DNA of 64,000 bases from Minisyncoccota bacterium (GTDB lineage: Bacteria; Patescibacteriota; Minisyncoccia; Phycocordibacterales; BOKC01). The stretch covers positions 442,783 through 506,782 of the forward strand of contig CP129473.1 in NCBI GenBank assembly GCA_030583745.1. The letters are read 5' to 3'. Of this stretch, positions 1 through 10,350 are shown in pieces; positions within the stretch are counted from its first letter, which is position 1; every line of letters begins with the position of its first letter. The notes beneath the pieces are model-generated. The model was not told the DNA's origin. It made no database searches and saw only the letters and a list, made by a program, of their open reading frames with translations. Made by a program: the position numbers and the translations under genes.

Positions 1-641
1 GAGCACCATTGCTGGTGCTCGGCAGGCCTTATCCCGAAGTTACGGCCGCTTTTTTGCCGAGTTCCTTGGGGACCTCTCACTCGTTCGCCTTGGTCTACTC
101 GACCTGACTACCTGTGTCGGTTTTGCGGTACGGTCCAAACTTGTTTAATCTTAGAAGATTTTCTTGGAAGCGTGCTTTGTGAAATTTTATCCCCCGAAGG
201 TTCAAATTTCCGGCCTGCTTGAATTTATGATGCCCGGATTTTCCTAGGCATCGTTCTCACAGGACGAACGCAAATCCAATAATGCGCTCCACATACTACA
301 CTTCGTCCCTCCATAGAAACAAATTTGGGTCACGGAATATTAACCGTGTGTCCATCACCTACGGCTTTCGCCATCGGCTTAGGCCCGACTAACCCTTCCC
401 TGATTGTCATCGGGAAGGAAACCTTAGTCTTTCGGCGTGGCGCGTTCTCAGCGCCATTGCGGTTACTTGTGCCAACATTCTTACTTCTTGACGCTCCAGT
501 GTGGGTTACCCCTTCACCTTCACAGCAGACAAGAATACTCTCCTACCACCCCTCACATGCAAGCACGTGAGGGGTCCTCAGTTTCGGTACTATGCTTAGC
601 CCCGATCATCTTTGGCGCAAAATCTCTGGATGAGTGAGCTG

Positions 642-684
<43 letters not shown>

Positions 685-1195
685 CATTGTCGGAGAAATT
701 TCACAACCTTCCTTGCACTTAGCATAGATTTAGGGACCTTAACTGGAGATCCGGGCTGTTTCCCTTTCGACCAGTGGAGCTTAGCCCCCACAGTCTAACT
801 GCCAAGCTATATTCTTCTAGTATTCGGAGTTTGATAGGTTTGACGAGATTTCTCCCTATTCAAACCTTCCAGTGCTCTACCCCTAGAAGGAACACTTGAC
901 GCTAGCCCTAAAGCTATTTCGGAGAGAACCAGCTATTACCAAGTTCGATTAGCTTTTCACTGCTTACCACAAGTCATCCGAAGGAGTTGAACGACCTAAC
1001 GGTTCGGGCCTCCTCCCGCCTTTCGGCGAGATTCACCCTGCTCATGGCAAGATCACTTGGCTTCGGGTCTGATGTATAACACCATAATTCGCCCTATTCA
1101 GACTCGGTTTCCCTATGTCTCCACGCTCGCGCGCTTAGACAAGCGATATACATCAACTCGTTGGCTCATTCTTCAATAGGCACGCCGTAACGGAC

Positions 1196-1309
1196 GCATC
1201 ACGCGAAGCGCGATGCCAGGCTTTAGGAAATTAGGCTTTAGGCTCTAGGAAATTCCTAGGGCCTAGTGCCTAATGCCTAGCGCCTAACATCACATTCCAT
1301 GTGATGCAC
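1196..1309 (-). other. Insertion in 23S rRNA with terminal inverted repeats GCATCAC...GTGATGC; candidate intervening sequence (IVS) at helix 25
   Basis: About 115 nt absent from the conserved 23S core. TAGG-rich internal palindrome (ctaggaaattcctag). The ends pair as a closing stem. Confidence 0.5.
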
Positions 1310-1369
1310 CCGCTCTGACTCTTTGTAGGCATATGGTTTCAGGTCTATTTCACCGCCCTCACCGGGCTG

Positions 1370-1409
<40 letters not shown>

Positions 1410-1613
1410 TCTAACGATATTTAGCCTTACCGGTTAGTTCCGGCAGATTCACCCGAGCTATTGATGTCTCGAGTTACTCAAGAATAACAGCAAAGGAGTT
1501 TTTCTTGTTTTCGCCTACGGGGCTATCACCTCCTAGGGCTTCTCTTTCCAGAGAATTCGGCTAACAAAAAAATATTTTTTACTCCTCTGGCTAGGCCACA
1601 CTGTCATCTTACA

Positions 1614-1746
1614 ACCCCCAACCGCATCACGCCAAGCGCGATGTCTGTAGGCACTAGGTGCTAGGATGTTAGGCGCTAGCTTTTTACTAGAACCTAAATC
1701 CTAATTTCCTAAAGCCGGCAGTATCACACGCAGTGTGATGCGGTCG
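1614..1746 (-). other. Second insertion in 23S rRNA with a 10-bp terminal inverted repeat ACCGCATCAC...GTGATGCGGT; candidate IVS at helix 9 region
   Basis: Same terminal motif as the first insert (GCATCACGC-AAGCGCGATG). Lies about 240 nt from the 23S 5' end. Confidence 0.5.
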
Positions 1747-2371
1747 GATTTGGGCTCCTTCCTTTTCGCTCGCCGCTACTAAGGAAATACTTATTAGTCT
1801 ATTTTCCTCCAGGTACTGAAATGTTTTACTTCCCTGGGTACGCAATCCGCCTCATCGGCGGATCAATGTGCAAGCACATTGAGTTTCCTCATTCGGAGAT
1901 CTCCGGATCAAAGGTTGCTAGGCACCTCCCCGAAGCATATCGCCGCCAAGCCGCGTCCTTCATCGCTCGTTAGAACCAAGGCATCCACCATACGCCCTTG
2001 AATTCCCATCAGGAAATTCAAAAACCGCATAACTCTTTCCGCTAACTAGCGGAAAGAATGATTTTGCTCTCTTTTTTACAATTGTCCTACGTTCTTCACG
2101 TAGGATTACCTTTTCTGCCTACGACAAACAAAGACCCCATGTCACCATAAGTGGCATAAACGTTGTCGCGACAGGATTAAGTTGTCAAAAATCAGGATCC
2201 CAACCTTTTACAACCTTGTCTTCCGGCCGAGCTCTACTTTTACAAACAGCGCTCGGCCGAACAACAAAAAACCGCTATCTCAAGCGGGTTTTACTAGCAA
2301 ACAATGACTGAAATCACCTTCGCCGCTTGAGTGTGTTTAATAAAAAAATATTTAACATAAGATTGTGTTCT

Positions 2372-2399
2372 ATTATAAGAATCCGAAAAAAGAAGTCAA
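2372..2399 (-). promoter_or_regulatory. sigma70-like promoter for the 23S rRNA (TTGACT-16nt-TATAAT on minus strand)
   Basis: Reverse complement of 2394-2399 is TTGACT and of 2372-2377 is TATAAT. It sits about 370 nt upstream of the 23S 5' end with no 16S in between. Confidence 0.5.
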
Positions 2400-2432
2400 G
2401 CCCAGAAAGAAGCCCGGAGTAACCCGGGCTTC
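2400..2432 (-). terminator. Rho-independent terminator (stem GAAGCCCGG/CCGGGCTTC) downstream of the membrane-protein gene
   Basis: Perfect 9-bp GC-rich stem followed by a T-tract on the minus strand. Confidence 0.6.
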
Positions 2433-2447
2433 TTAGGCTTTAGTTTA

Positions 2448-3173
2448 TTATCTCTTTTCCGAAATTTCTTCTTTTAGTTTACCAAGAAATTCAGAAGCAG
2501 TGTTCTGTCCGCCGAGTCCGAAAGATAATCCAAGACCAAGAGCTAAGGCGATTATAACTCCTGTAAAGAGCATTTGGACAAAGTAAGCAGCAATGCCCAA
2601 TTGTTCCAAAGCAATAAATACCGCGAAGATCCAGATTGACCACTTAGTTACGCTACCCAAAAAGTTGGCGGCTTTTAGGTGAGCGGATCGAGCTGAAGCC
2701 GAGACAATTTTTTGCATTACGTCCGCGATAACAACAGCAACCAACAAGATCAAAACAGCAACGATAACTTGTGGCAAATAATACAAAACGACATCTTTTA
2801 AGAATTCATTGACTTGAGTCAATCTCAATGTGTCAAAAGCGGCCACCAAGAAAACGATAATGACAAACCACTTTACCAACCCACCGACAAAACGACCCGA
2901 GTCAAGACGAACCCCTCCCCTCTGAAGCCATCCTTCCATTCCAGCTTTTCTCAAGGCCTCGTCAACTTTCAAAGACTTCATGACCTGATAAACCACACGG
3001 CCAAAAACAGCGCTGACTAACCAACCGATTATAACTATGAGTAGGGCGGTTATAAGCATCGGCAAGAAACCAATTACTCCAGCCCACATATTTTGGAACG
3101 ACATAACAATAGCATCGCTCCCAAAAACACTTGTAGTTTCAAACATGTTTGATTTTTTTGAGACAAAGAACAA
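2448..3173 (-). CDS. Membrane protein with two conserved-TM-helix repeats (MscS-related small-channel family, PF05552-like)
   Basis: Two repeated hydrophobic modules: VIGFLPMLITALLIVIIGW...VYQVMKSL and VLYYLPQVIVAVLILLVAVVIADVMQKI. Confidence 0.5.
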   Translation of the reverse strand: MFFVSKKSNMFETTSVFGSDAIVMSFQNMWAGVIGFLPMLITALLIVIIGWLVSAVFGRVVYQVMKSLKVDEALRKAGMEGWLQRGGVRLDSGRFVGGLVKWFVIIVFLVAAFDTLRLTQVNEFLKDVVLYYLPQVIVAVLILLVAVVIADVMQKIVSASARSAHLKAANFLGSVTKWSIWIFAVFIALEQLGIAAYFVQMLFTGVIIALALGLGLSFGLGGQNTASEFLGKLKEEISEKR

Positions 3174-3355
3174 TGTTCTCTATCTCGGATAAGCCGTAAT
3201 TCGCCAAAAATACGGCAGTAAATAATTAATTATAACTAATAAAATTTGCTCAAAACTATTCTGTTGAGCCAAATCTGCTTCACTGAAAGTTTAACATCAA
3301 ATCGTAAAAAAGAGTCAAAAGCTGTGGATAACTAAAAAATCGAAATAACTGGCGG

Positions 3356-3973
3356 TTAGATCTCCATCTCTAGCTTATTAATAATTTTTTTGTGAGGGTA
3401 ATCAAGAACGTCTCTTACTAACTTATCGCAAACACCAAGCCGATAGACAAATTCTTGGGTCTCAAAAAAGCTGTATTTCAGCTCCTTTCCAACAACTGAT
3501 TCAATGTCCGACATAACAGACTGAATGATTCCTTTTTTTAGCTTGTCGCCAACAACCAAAATATCCAGACGACTGTCCCAATCCTGAATAAAAACTCCAG
3601 CAAAAATCACAAGTTTGATAACCCCGGCCTTTTTAATCTTTTCAAGAATTTCCTGTTGCTGGGCTGGTGGAATATGTATAAGAAAATTCTGCAGTGGTTC
3701 AAGAAAGGGAAATTTTTCGTTCAAAGTCCACCCTTCTACCCTTTTCCTCTTGAGATCCCGCCCTCCTTTTTTGCTTAATTCTTTCGTAAAATATTTTCTC
3801 TTGATAAGGCCGATTTTTTCCAAATTCATGATTTCAGACCTAGTCTTTATCGGCTGGGTTTTAGTCCGTCTTGAAACAGAAGCAGTATCAAAAGCAGACT
3901 GCGGATTAAAAAGAAAAAGACGCATCATTTTGACCTTGGAGCTGCTACCAAATATTTTCTCTAATGTATCCAT
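3356..3973 (-). CDS. Hypothetical protein
   Basis: Long ORF of 205 aa with no recognised motif. Confidence 0.4.
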   Translation of the reverse strand: MDTLEKIFGSSSKVKMMRLFLFNPQSAFDTASVSRRTKTQPIKTRSEIMNLEKIGLIKRKYFTKELSKKGGRDLKRKRVEGWTLNEKFPFLEPLQNFLIHIPPAQQQEILEKIKKAGVIKLVIFAGVFIQDWDSRLDILVVGDKLKKGIIQSVMSDIESVVGKELKYSFFETQEFVYRLGVCDKLVRDVLDYPHKKIINKLEMEI

Positions 3974-4035
3974 TTAATTTTCCTAATTTTACCACACAGT
4001 TTGCAAACTGGCATTTTGGATGTTATTTTGAATAG

Positions 4036-4347
4036 ATGAGCTATGAAGATTTCGTAAAGGAATCGGGTTGTGTAGAAACTATTTTGAAAAGCAGTGTTGA
4101 AACTGCGAGCTGGAGCGGTGGGGTGGGGGTCTTTGTCAGTGTCGTAAAAAAAGATGGGAAATATGAAGTAAGAGCCGAGGTAGAGGACAAAGATTTATTA
4201 AACAAACACTTGGCAAATATCAACCGCGGAAGCTGGGACAACGAAGCGCCGACCATTCAAACCGCCGAAGACGAGAAAAAAGCGTTGGTTTTAGCCAAAG
4301 AAATGCTAGACGACAAGGACAATTGGCTTTCAGAAAAATATAATTAA
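4036..4347 (+). CDS. Hypothetical acidic protein
   Basis: ORF of 103 aa followed directly by a terminator. Confidence 0.4.
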   Translation: MSYEDFVKESGCVETILKSSVETASWSGGVGVFVSVVKKDGKYEVRAEVEDKDLLNKHLANINRGSWDNEAPTIQTAEDEKKALVLAKEMLDDKDNWLSEKYN

Positions 4348-4348
4348 A

Positions 4349-4377
4349 AAAACCCCTTTACGGGGTTTTTTTTAATG
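4349..4377. terminator. Bidirectional rho-independent terminator (AAAAACCCCTTTACGGGGTTTTTTTT)
   Basis: Stem CCCC/GGGG flanked by an A-run and a T-run, between convergent genes. Confidence 0.7.
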
Positions 4378-4380
4378 TCA

Positions 4381-4809
4381 TTATTTAAGCTCTACCTTGC
4401 CGCCTACTTCTTCTATCCTCTTCTTTATATCTTCCGCCTCTTCTTTCTTTGCGCCCTCTTTTAGTACTTTCGGAGCGCCATCAACAAGATCCTTGGCCTC
4501 TTTCAGCCCAAGACCCAAAACCTCTTTAACTATCTTGATTACACCGATTTTCTGGGCCCCGCCGTCTGTCAACTCAACAGTGAAAGTTGATTTCTCTTCA
4601 GACGCCCCAGCTCCCCCGCCTTGTGGAGCAACGGCTACCGCCGCCGCTGAAACACCAAACTTCTTTTCAAATAATTTTACCAGCTCATTGAGGTCCAAAA
4701 CTGACATCTTTTCAATCACCTCAACTATCACCTTAAATTTTTCGGGAACTTCCACTTGAGCTCCTTCTGTCTCTGTCGTTTTTTGTTCTTCTACTTTTTG
4801 TTCTTCCAT
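4381..4809 (-). CDS. rplL: 50S ribosomal protein L7/L12 (N-terminal extension likely)
   Basis: [24 protein letters not shown] ... [29 protein letters not shown]. Confidence 0.9.
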   Translation of the reverse strand: MEEQKVEEQKTTETEGAQVEVPEKFKVIVEVIEKMSVLDLNELVKLFEKKFGVSAAAVAVAPQGGGAGASEEKSTFTVELTDGGAQKIGVIKIVKEVLGLGLKEAKDLVDGAPKVLKEGAKKEEAEDIKKRIEEVGGKVELK

Positions 4810-4829
4810 AAATTATTTGTTTTAAACTT

Positions 4830-5321
4830 TTAAGATTTTTTCTCCGCTATTTGGTTTAACGAAATCGCTAATCTCTGAATCGGAGAATTTATAAGATTAA
4901 CAAACTGCGAATAAAGAATTTTCTTTGAAGGAATCCTGGCTAGAGCTAACATTTCTTCTTTGCCCAAAATTTTGCCTTCAAAAATGCCACCGATTATTGA
5001 GAACTTTCCTTCAAATTCTTTTTGGATAGAATTTGCTTGCCTTCCGGCTTCAAGGGGTTCTACACCAAGAGCGTGAACAATGCTAAGCTCACCTTGGAAT
5101 TCTGGGGTCTCCCCAAAACCACTGTCAGCAAGCGCTTTTTTGACCAAAGTCTTTTTTGCTACCTGATACGACACACCCGCTTCCTTGAATTTCTTTCTCA
5201 AAGAGGTAGTTTCAGATACATTTAGACCATGGAAGTTGGTGAAAATCACCTCGGCACCTGAAGAGAATACATTCTTCAAGCCCTCAAGAACCTGTGATTT
5301 TTTTTGTTTTGTTATAGCCAC
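4830..5321 (-). CDS. rplJ: 50S ribosomal protein L10
   Basis: L10 fold signature; located immediately upstream of rplL. Confidence 0.85.
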   Translation of the reverse strand: MAITKQKKSQVLEGLKNVFSSGAEVIFTNFHGLNVSETTSLRKKFKEAGVSYQVAKKTLVKKALADSGFGETPEFQGELSIVHALGVEPLEAGRQANSIQKEFEGKFSIIGGIFEGKILGKEEMLALARIPSKKILYSQFVNLINSPIQRLAISLNQIAEKKS

Positions 5322-5597
5322 AAATACGTAAGTATTATCCCAACGCTAATAATAAATCGACCTCTTTTAAAAGGCCTAAACAAAAAATGAATTTACCTCG
5401 AGAGGCTAGAATTTAATTAAGACTTTTCAGTCACCTCTTGTCTCTGGCCTTATAGATTAGATATTAATTGACCGTATCTTTAAAGTCAAGTTAAATCGCC
5501 AGGAAAAGGATGAGAACAATGCTTGTTGAAATTATCAACAAGAAACCAAAAATAAATTTTAAAAAAGCTCTGCTAAAATACTTTTTCATTATTCAAC

Positions 5598-6404
5598 CTA
5601 GTATACTATTTCAAACTTCCGAGAAAAAGAGCCATTTGAGCCCGCGTGTTGAGAAGGCAGACTGTGTTGAATATTGGCTTCGTCCACCGCTCTTAGAGCG
5701 CCATTATTGAGAAAAACTTTGGCATCAAAAATTTCTCCAGCGCTGGAACTCCTGTCCCTCGGCTTCATCGTTAAAGTAATGGTCCGAGTACTGTTCATAG
5801 GAATAAAATAAGAGAAACCACCAAAACGAAGGGTGTACTCACCTTTCGCGTTTTCAAAAAAATCGCTATGTTGCGGATCTATACGAGCCAGAATTTTTCC
5901 CCCAGCAGAAAGTGTTATTTCCCCTACATAGCGCCAAATCCGTTCGTCAAAAGTCACATCAATTCTTCTGACTTCAATATCCGACCGAAGTGACTTAACT
6001 GAAAAAGATAAAAGTGTATTACTAAAAGTGTTGCCGATATTCATCCTGACTACACTCGAGCCACTTATCGGCTCAAGCACAACAACCGCCTCGCGACTTG
6101 ATGTGACAGGCGCAAAATCCTGCCCAGAAGAATAAGCCCCTAAAACCTGGCCTTGAGAAAAGAGAGATGACTCCCGCATAAGAGAATTGATAATTTGAGA
6201 AATTCTCTGGATTTCGGATTTGGCAGCTTCTGGTGAAATCCTCCCAGATTGAATATCTTGGCTCAAATTTGAAACCATAATGGAAACAACGCCTATTTCT
6301 CTTTGAAGTTCAACAAAAGAAATCGCGGCTTCAGCCCTCTGAAAAGATACAGAAATTCCCAAGACGATTACGAGGGAAAGCAGTGTTTTAGCTTGATATT
6401 TCAT
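5598..6404 (-). CDS. Secreted hypothetical protein (signal peptide)
   Basis: N-terminal MKYQAKTLLSLVIVLGISVSFQRAEA. Confidence 0.5.
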   Translation of the reverse strand: MKYQAKTLLSLVIVLGISVSFQRAEAAISFVELQREIGVVSIMVSNLSQDIQSGRISPEAAKSEIQRISQIINSLMRESSLFSQGQVLGAYSSGQDFAPVTSSREAVVVLEPISGSSVVRMNIGNTFSNTLLSFSVKSLRSDIEVRRIDVTFDERIWRYVGEITLSAGGKILARIDPQHSDFFENAKGEYTLRFGGFSYFIPMNSTRTITLTMKPRDRSSSAGEIFDAKVFLNNGALRAVDEANIQHSLPSQHAGSNGSFSRKFEIVY

Positions 6405-6486
6405 ATTTTTATATTGTATATCAAAAAATACAAAAAGTCAACAGTTTCCCGTTGACTTTTTGTATCAAACAAAACTTGAGAAAGTT

Positions 6487-7740
6487 TTATTGTTTCTTCT
6501 TTTTTAGGACCAAAAAGATTATGATGGCGAGAATCAAAATCAGAATCAGCCAAAGCCAGGATCTGCTTCCCTCGTCCTCGCTTTCTTCTACGACCTCTTC
6601 CAGATTCTCATTTGCCACTACTTCGACTTGCTCTTCCTCCACAGGTTCCAATTCTTGAGCTTCGACAGACTCACCCAAAACAACCCCTTCTACAAATACC
6701 GCTCTCTCCGTACCTGATTCGGCCATAGCCAACCTCTTGTTTAATTCCGATTGTAAAAGAGCGATCATTTGTTCTATTAGATTTCTTAATTCTTCGCGAA
6801 GACCCTCTAAATCATCTTCGGAATCAGCGCCAAGAACAAGTCCACCACCGCCGCCACGGTTAAAATCACCAGAACGACCGCCACCAGAAGAACCGCCTCC
6901 GTCATTACCGCCACCGCCGCCATTACCACCATCGTCGTCGCCACCGCCAATTTTGTCTCTATCAATTTCTATGCCATCTACTGGACCTTTAATATCTCCA
7001 TCTTTTGTACCGCCACCAGGATCTGGGATAGTAAATTCAGAACCCTCTTTACAGCTCTGCCAAATAGCCAAGAAATAATTAAAGTCATCAGAATTTATAA
7101 CACCGTCATCGTTGAAATCAGCAGAGTCTTCACCGGCATTATAGGCATTTAGAAAAGCCAAAATATCCAGAGAATTGTATGTCCCGTCACCGTTAAAATC
7201 AGCCCTTAAGCAATCTTTGCAGCCCATCCAAATAGACAAGAATAGTTTGAAATCGGCCTCATCAATAACCCCATTCTCGTCAACATCAGTTGAAAGGTCT
7301 TCTTCGTTCCAAGCGTTTAGAAAATCTAAAATATCCCGAGTATCAATGATTGAGTCTTCATTGAAATCAGCAACCGAACATTTAGACGGCAACAAATCTT
7401 CACTTATTTGTTCATGTCCAACAATTTCTGGCTGAAATAGTTCTTGCTCTCCAGCTGTAAATCCAGAAGAACTAACAAGGGCTTCCGAAACCACTTCTCC
7501 CGATTCTAAAGATTCAGAATCTGGAGAAACTTCCGGCAAAACAACCACTTCTGTTTCGACAACCTCGGCTTCTACTTCCGGGTCAACGACAAATACACCG
7601 GTTGTTTCGGTTTCCAAAACCGTTACTTGCCTTACTTCCGACATAAGAGAGAGGTCGGCTCCGGAAATTCCCGGCATAAAGCCGATTGAAAAGATTAGAG
7701 CAAGATATGTAATCCTTTCAGTAATATTCTTGTTTTTCAT
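6487..7740 (-). CDS. Surface protein with signal peptide, four dockerin-like (DxDxDG/EF-hand-type) repeats, a Gly-rich linker and a C-terminal membrane anchor
   Basis: ADFNEDSIIDTRDILDFLNAW, DVDENGVIDEADFKLFLSIW, ADFNGDGTYNSLDILAFLNAY, ADFNDDGVINSDDFNYFLAIW; GGGDDDGGNGGGGGNDGGG; C-terminus WLWLILILILAIIIFLVLKKKKQ. Confidence 0.6.
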   Translation of the reverse strand: MKNKNITERITYLALIFSIGFMPGISGADLSLMSEVRQVTVLETETTGVFVVDPEVEAEVVETEVVVLPEVSPDSESLESGEVVSEALVSSSGFTAGEQELFQPEIVGHEQISEDLLPSKCSVADFNEDSIIDTRDILDFLNAWNEEDLSTDVDENGVIDEADFKLFLSIWMGCKDCLRADFNGDGTYNSLDILAFLNAYNAGEDSADFNDDGVINSDDFNYFLAIWQSCKEGSEFTIPDPGGGTKDGDIKGPVDGIEIDRDKIGGGDDDGGNGGGGGNDGGGSSGGGRSGDFNRGGGGGLVLGADSEDDLEGLREELRNLIEQMIALLQSELNKRLAMAESGTERAVFVEGVVLGESVEAQELEPVEEEQVEVVANENLEEVVEESEDEGSRSWLWLILILILAIIIFLVLKKKKQ

Positions 7741-7825
7741 ATTTTTTATTAGGTTCTAATAATCTTTATAATACTATAATAAGATACAAAAAAAAGCAAG
7801 AGTAAAAAGCAAATTAGGGCAAAAC

Positions 7826-7862
7826 AAAAACCCCCAAAGTCCATTCGGACTTGGGGGGTTTC
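7826..7862 (-). terminator. Rho-independent terminator in the 5' leader region of the dockerin-repeat gene
   Basis: On the minus strand, CCCCCCAAGTCC-GAAT-GGACTTTGGGGG followed by TTTTTGTTTT. Confidence 0.55.
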
Positions 7863-8165
7863 TGCGACTTGGCTAAGTAGAGCCCTATTTCTCTTTTTGT
7901 CTTTGCCTAAAGTCTGTAATCTATCCTGTAATCCTTTGTAAGATTACGGGAAGGATACGTCTGAAGTCCTCCATTCTAGGAGGGGTACCATATGTGTGTG
8001 CATTGCCTTTCCAACCTAGATTGTCTGGTAGTATTTAAAGAAACTGTTCAAAACACACCATAATCGATTTGCATTTCAAACGCGAGTTTTCATAATTTTA
8101 CATATACTGCATTAGCAATAAAAAGGTCAGTGGGTTTTAGACATTACAAAATTTTAATCAATACA

Positions 8166-8195
8166 AAAACCCGCCGATAAGGCGGGTTTTTGTAT
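8166..8195 (-). terminator. Terminator downstream of the 641-aa PG-binding protein gene (AAAAACCCGCCTTATCGGCGGGTTTTTG)
   Basis: GC stem with flanking A/T runs. Confidence 0.65.
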
Positions 8196-8254
8196 GCTTT
8201 AGACCATTCTCATGGAAATGACCTAAGCTTTTGAGTTTCAGAATTTGGCTAAAC

Positions 8255-10180
8255 TTACAGAGTTTGAACTACATGCAGACTACCTATACCGGAAGTCAAA
8301 GTGTTGGCGGTGTTAGCCGCATTGGTACTTCCAAACTTAATTCCGGTAATCCTCATTTCGCTTATCACTGGATTGGAACCAACTGCTGACCTCAAAATTC
8401 CTGTGTAGATAAACGTTCTGGAGACCCCTGGGGCAATGAAGTATGAGGTTGAGGTGTCACCAGCAGGAGTTTCACCTACAGTATTTACAACTGTAATAGT
8501 TGAGGAAGCATAGGTTGAGGATGTTGCTAATGCTTGTCCTGGGGTCTTGTGGATAAAGACATCTGTGTTGCCAGTGTTAGTCAGAGTAACAGTAAAGGTT
8601 GCTGTACAGAACGGATTGTAACCAGAGTCTGCATTTCTAACAACACAACCTGATGTCACGGCTGACATAGAAGAAGCTCCTAAACCTGCCTGTAGGAAGG
8701 TCCGATCTGAGCTAGTTACATCAACAGCGTTTGAAACTGTAAGAGAATTGAAGTTTGTGTCAATTCCAGCGATAGTTGAAGCGTCCAAGGTGGTAGAAGC
8801 TACTACTCCACCTGAAATATCAGCTCCGGCAACGTTAGCAGTCAAAGTAAACTCAACCCACTGGTCAACCGGTAAAGGTACCTGCAAGTTGGTAAACTCT
8901 GTGGTTGAAGCTAGAGTGGAAGCACCATAATTGAAGCTTCCAGACTGCAAGCGAACGTTACTAAAGAGAGTTCCCGCTGCCGGGCCACCTCCTCCGGTCG
9001 AAGCTTGTGTCTGAATAGTAAAGTGTATGGTTTCAAGCGTACCTGAAGTGTTCTGAGATTTGATTCTAAACCTACCTAGAACAACATTTTCTGTTTGAGT
9101 CGTTCCAGCTGCAACAGAAGTAAATCCAGCTGTAGGACTGTTAGGACTGGAGCTGGTATAGATGTCAGCAACTGAACCTGTGTCTGGAAGAGTAAAGGTA
9201 AAGGTTGCGCTAGGACCAATGGTCTCAGAGAAACCGATGCCGTTTACAGTTCTAATTCCACCGGTTGGGATGCTGGTAGTGATTGTCTGTCCGGTAATCT
9301 TGTCTGAAGAAGCAAGGACAGAAACAGCTACTACTAAGTCAACATCTGTGCCCGGAGAAACAACCAAGTTTACACCTTCAAAGCGAACTCGATAATCAGA
9401 ACCTACTGTTACTTCAGTAGCATCAGATGAACCAGAAAGTGTTTTGGTGGCCAAAACATTACCGCTTCCATCTCTAAGCTGAACTTGGCTCATTGTTAAC
9501 CAAGGTCGTTCGTTAAACTTAACTTCTACTCTATCAACTCTTACTGGACCAGAGGAAGCTTTAAGTCTTGTGGAAAGAACGTTTTTTGTTTCGCCTTTCT
9601 TTACAGCTGTACCACTGCTTACCAAAGCAGAAGTACTGATTGTGATAGAACCGTCACCAGTCAAGGTAGTTGGTGGTGTAGTGGTGCCATCACATCTCGC
9701 ACCTGTGGTTGGGCTAAAGCCAACGGTTGAAGTACATCCTTCTGGAAGTCCTGATGGAGGAGGAGGTGTAACTCCTGCTGTCAAGGCAGCATGTCTTGCT
9801 ATAGATATTGGACCAAAGAAACCAACGGCTGGAGCAACTCCATTAGCAGCTTGCCATGCGGCAACCGCGTTTTGGGTTACTGGACCAAAGTATCCAGTCG
9901 AGCCACCCGCAAAGGTGAAGTGACCGGTACTTGTCAAGTAATTTTGCAAGCAAGTTACATCAGCTCCACTTGAACCAACGGTCAAGCTTCGAGTGAAAGT
10001 ACAAGCAGCTCCGGAACCGGAACCACCGCCTTGCAAAGCAGCAAGTTGGGCCAACAATGTATTGATCATGGCCTGAAGCTCATCAACAGTTTGAGCTGAA
10101 GCTGGAGTAGCTACTCCAACGGCGCCCATAACCATTGCCAAGCCTACGAAACCTGCAACAATTTTTAATTTAAAACTCAT
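8255..10180 (-). CDS. Secreted protein with a peptidoglycan-binding-like domain and a long Thr/Ser/Gly-rich beta-rich region
   Basis: Signal peptide MSFKLKIVAGFVGLAMVMGAVGVATPASA. PG_binding_1-like VGSSGADVTCLQNYLTSTGHF...GYFGPVTQNAVAAWQAANG. Confidence 0.6.
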   Translation of the reverse strand: MSFKLKIVAGFVGLAMVMGAVGVATPASAQTVDELQAMINTLLAQLAALQGGGSGSGAACTFTRSLTVGSSGADVTCLQNYLTSTGHFTFAGGSTGYFGPVTQNAVAAWQAANGVAPAVGFFGPISIARHAALTAGVTPPPPSGLPEGCTSTVGFSPTTGARCDGTTTPPTTLTGDGSITISTSALVSSGTAVKKGETKNVLSTRLKASSGPVRVDRVEVKFNERPWLTMSQVQLRDGSGNVLATKTLSGSSDATEVTVGSDYRVRFEGVNLVVSPGTDVDLVVAVSVLASSDKITGQTITTSIPTGGIRTVNGIGFSETIGPSATFTFTLPDTGSVADIYTSSSPNSPTAGFTSVAAGTTQTENVVLGRFRIKSQNTSGTLETIHFTIQTQASTGGGGPAAGTLFSNVRLQSGSFNYGASTLASTTEFTNLQVPLPVDQWVEFTLTANVAGADISGGVVASTTLDASTIAGIDTNFNSLTVSNAVDVTSSDRTFLQAGLGASSMSAVTSGCVVRNADSGYNPFCTATFTVTLTNTGNTDVFIHKTPGQALATSSTYASSTITVVNTVGETPAGDTSTSYFIAPGVSRTFIYTGILRSAVGSNPVISEMRITGIKFGSTNAANTANTLTSGIGSLHVVQTL

Positions 10181-10294
10181 TTTTAATAATTATTTTCTCC
10201 CCGTTTACTGGTAAAAGTTTTTGGAGAGAATCTTAATAACTCGCCGGACTTCGACAAAAGCCGGCGTTGTGCTGATAATTTTCTTTTCCAGCAC

Positions 10295-10350
10295 CAACTT
10301 TGTATTCGGGCTCTCAAATACAAAGTTGGTGCTGGAAATTTGCTGATAAA
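10295..10350. repeat. Perfect 21-bp inverted repeat (TTCCAGCACCAACTTTGTATT ... AATACAAAGTTGGTGCTGGAA)
   Basis: Seen directly in the sequence; 11-nt loop. Confidence 0.7.

Noticed and set aside
325-637. ORFs 325..570 and 437..637 (plus strand)
   Set aside because: They lie inside the minus-strand 23S rRNA; spurious translations of rRNA sequence.
6737-7078. Pro-rich 113-aa plus-strand ORF
   Set aside because: Antisense translation of the Gly-rich (GGN) linker of the dockerin-repeat gene.
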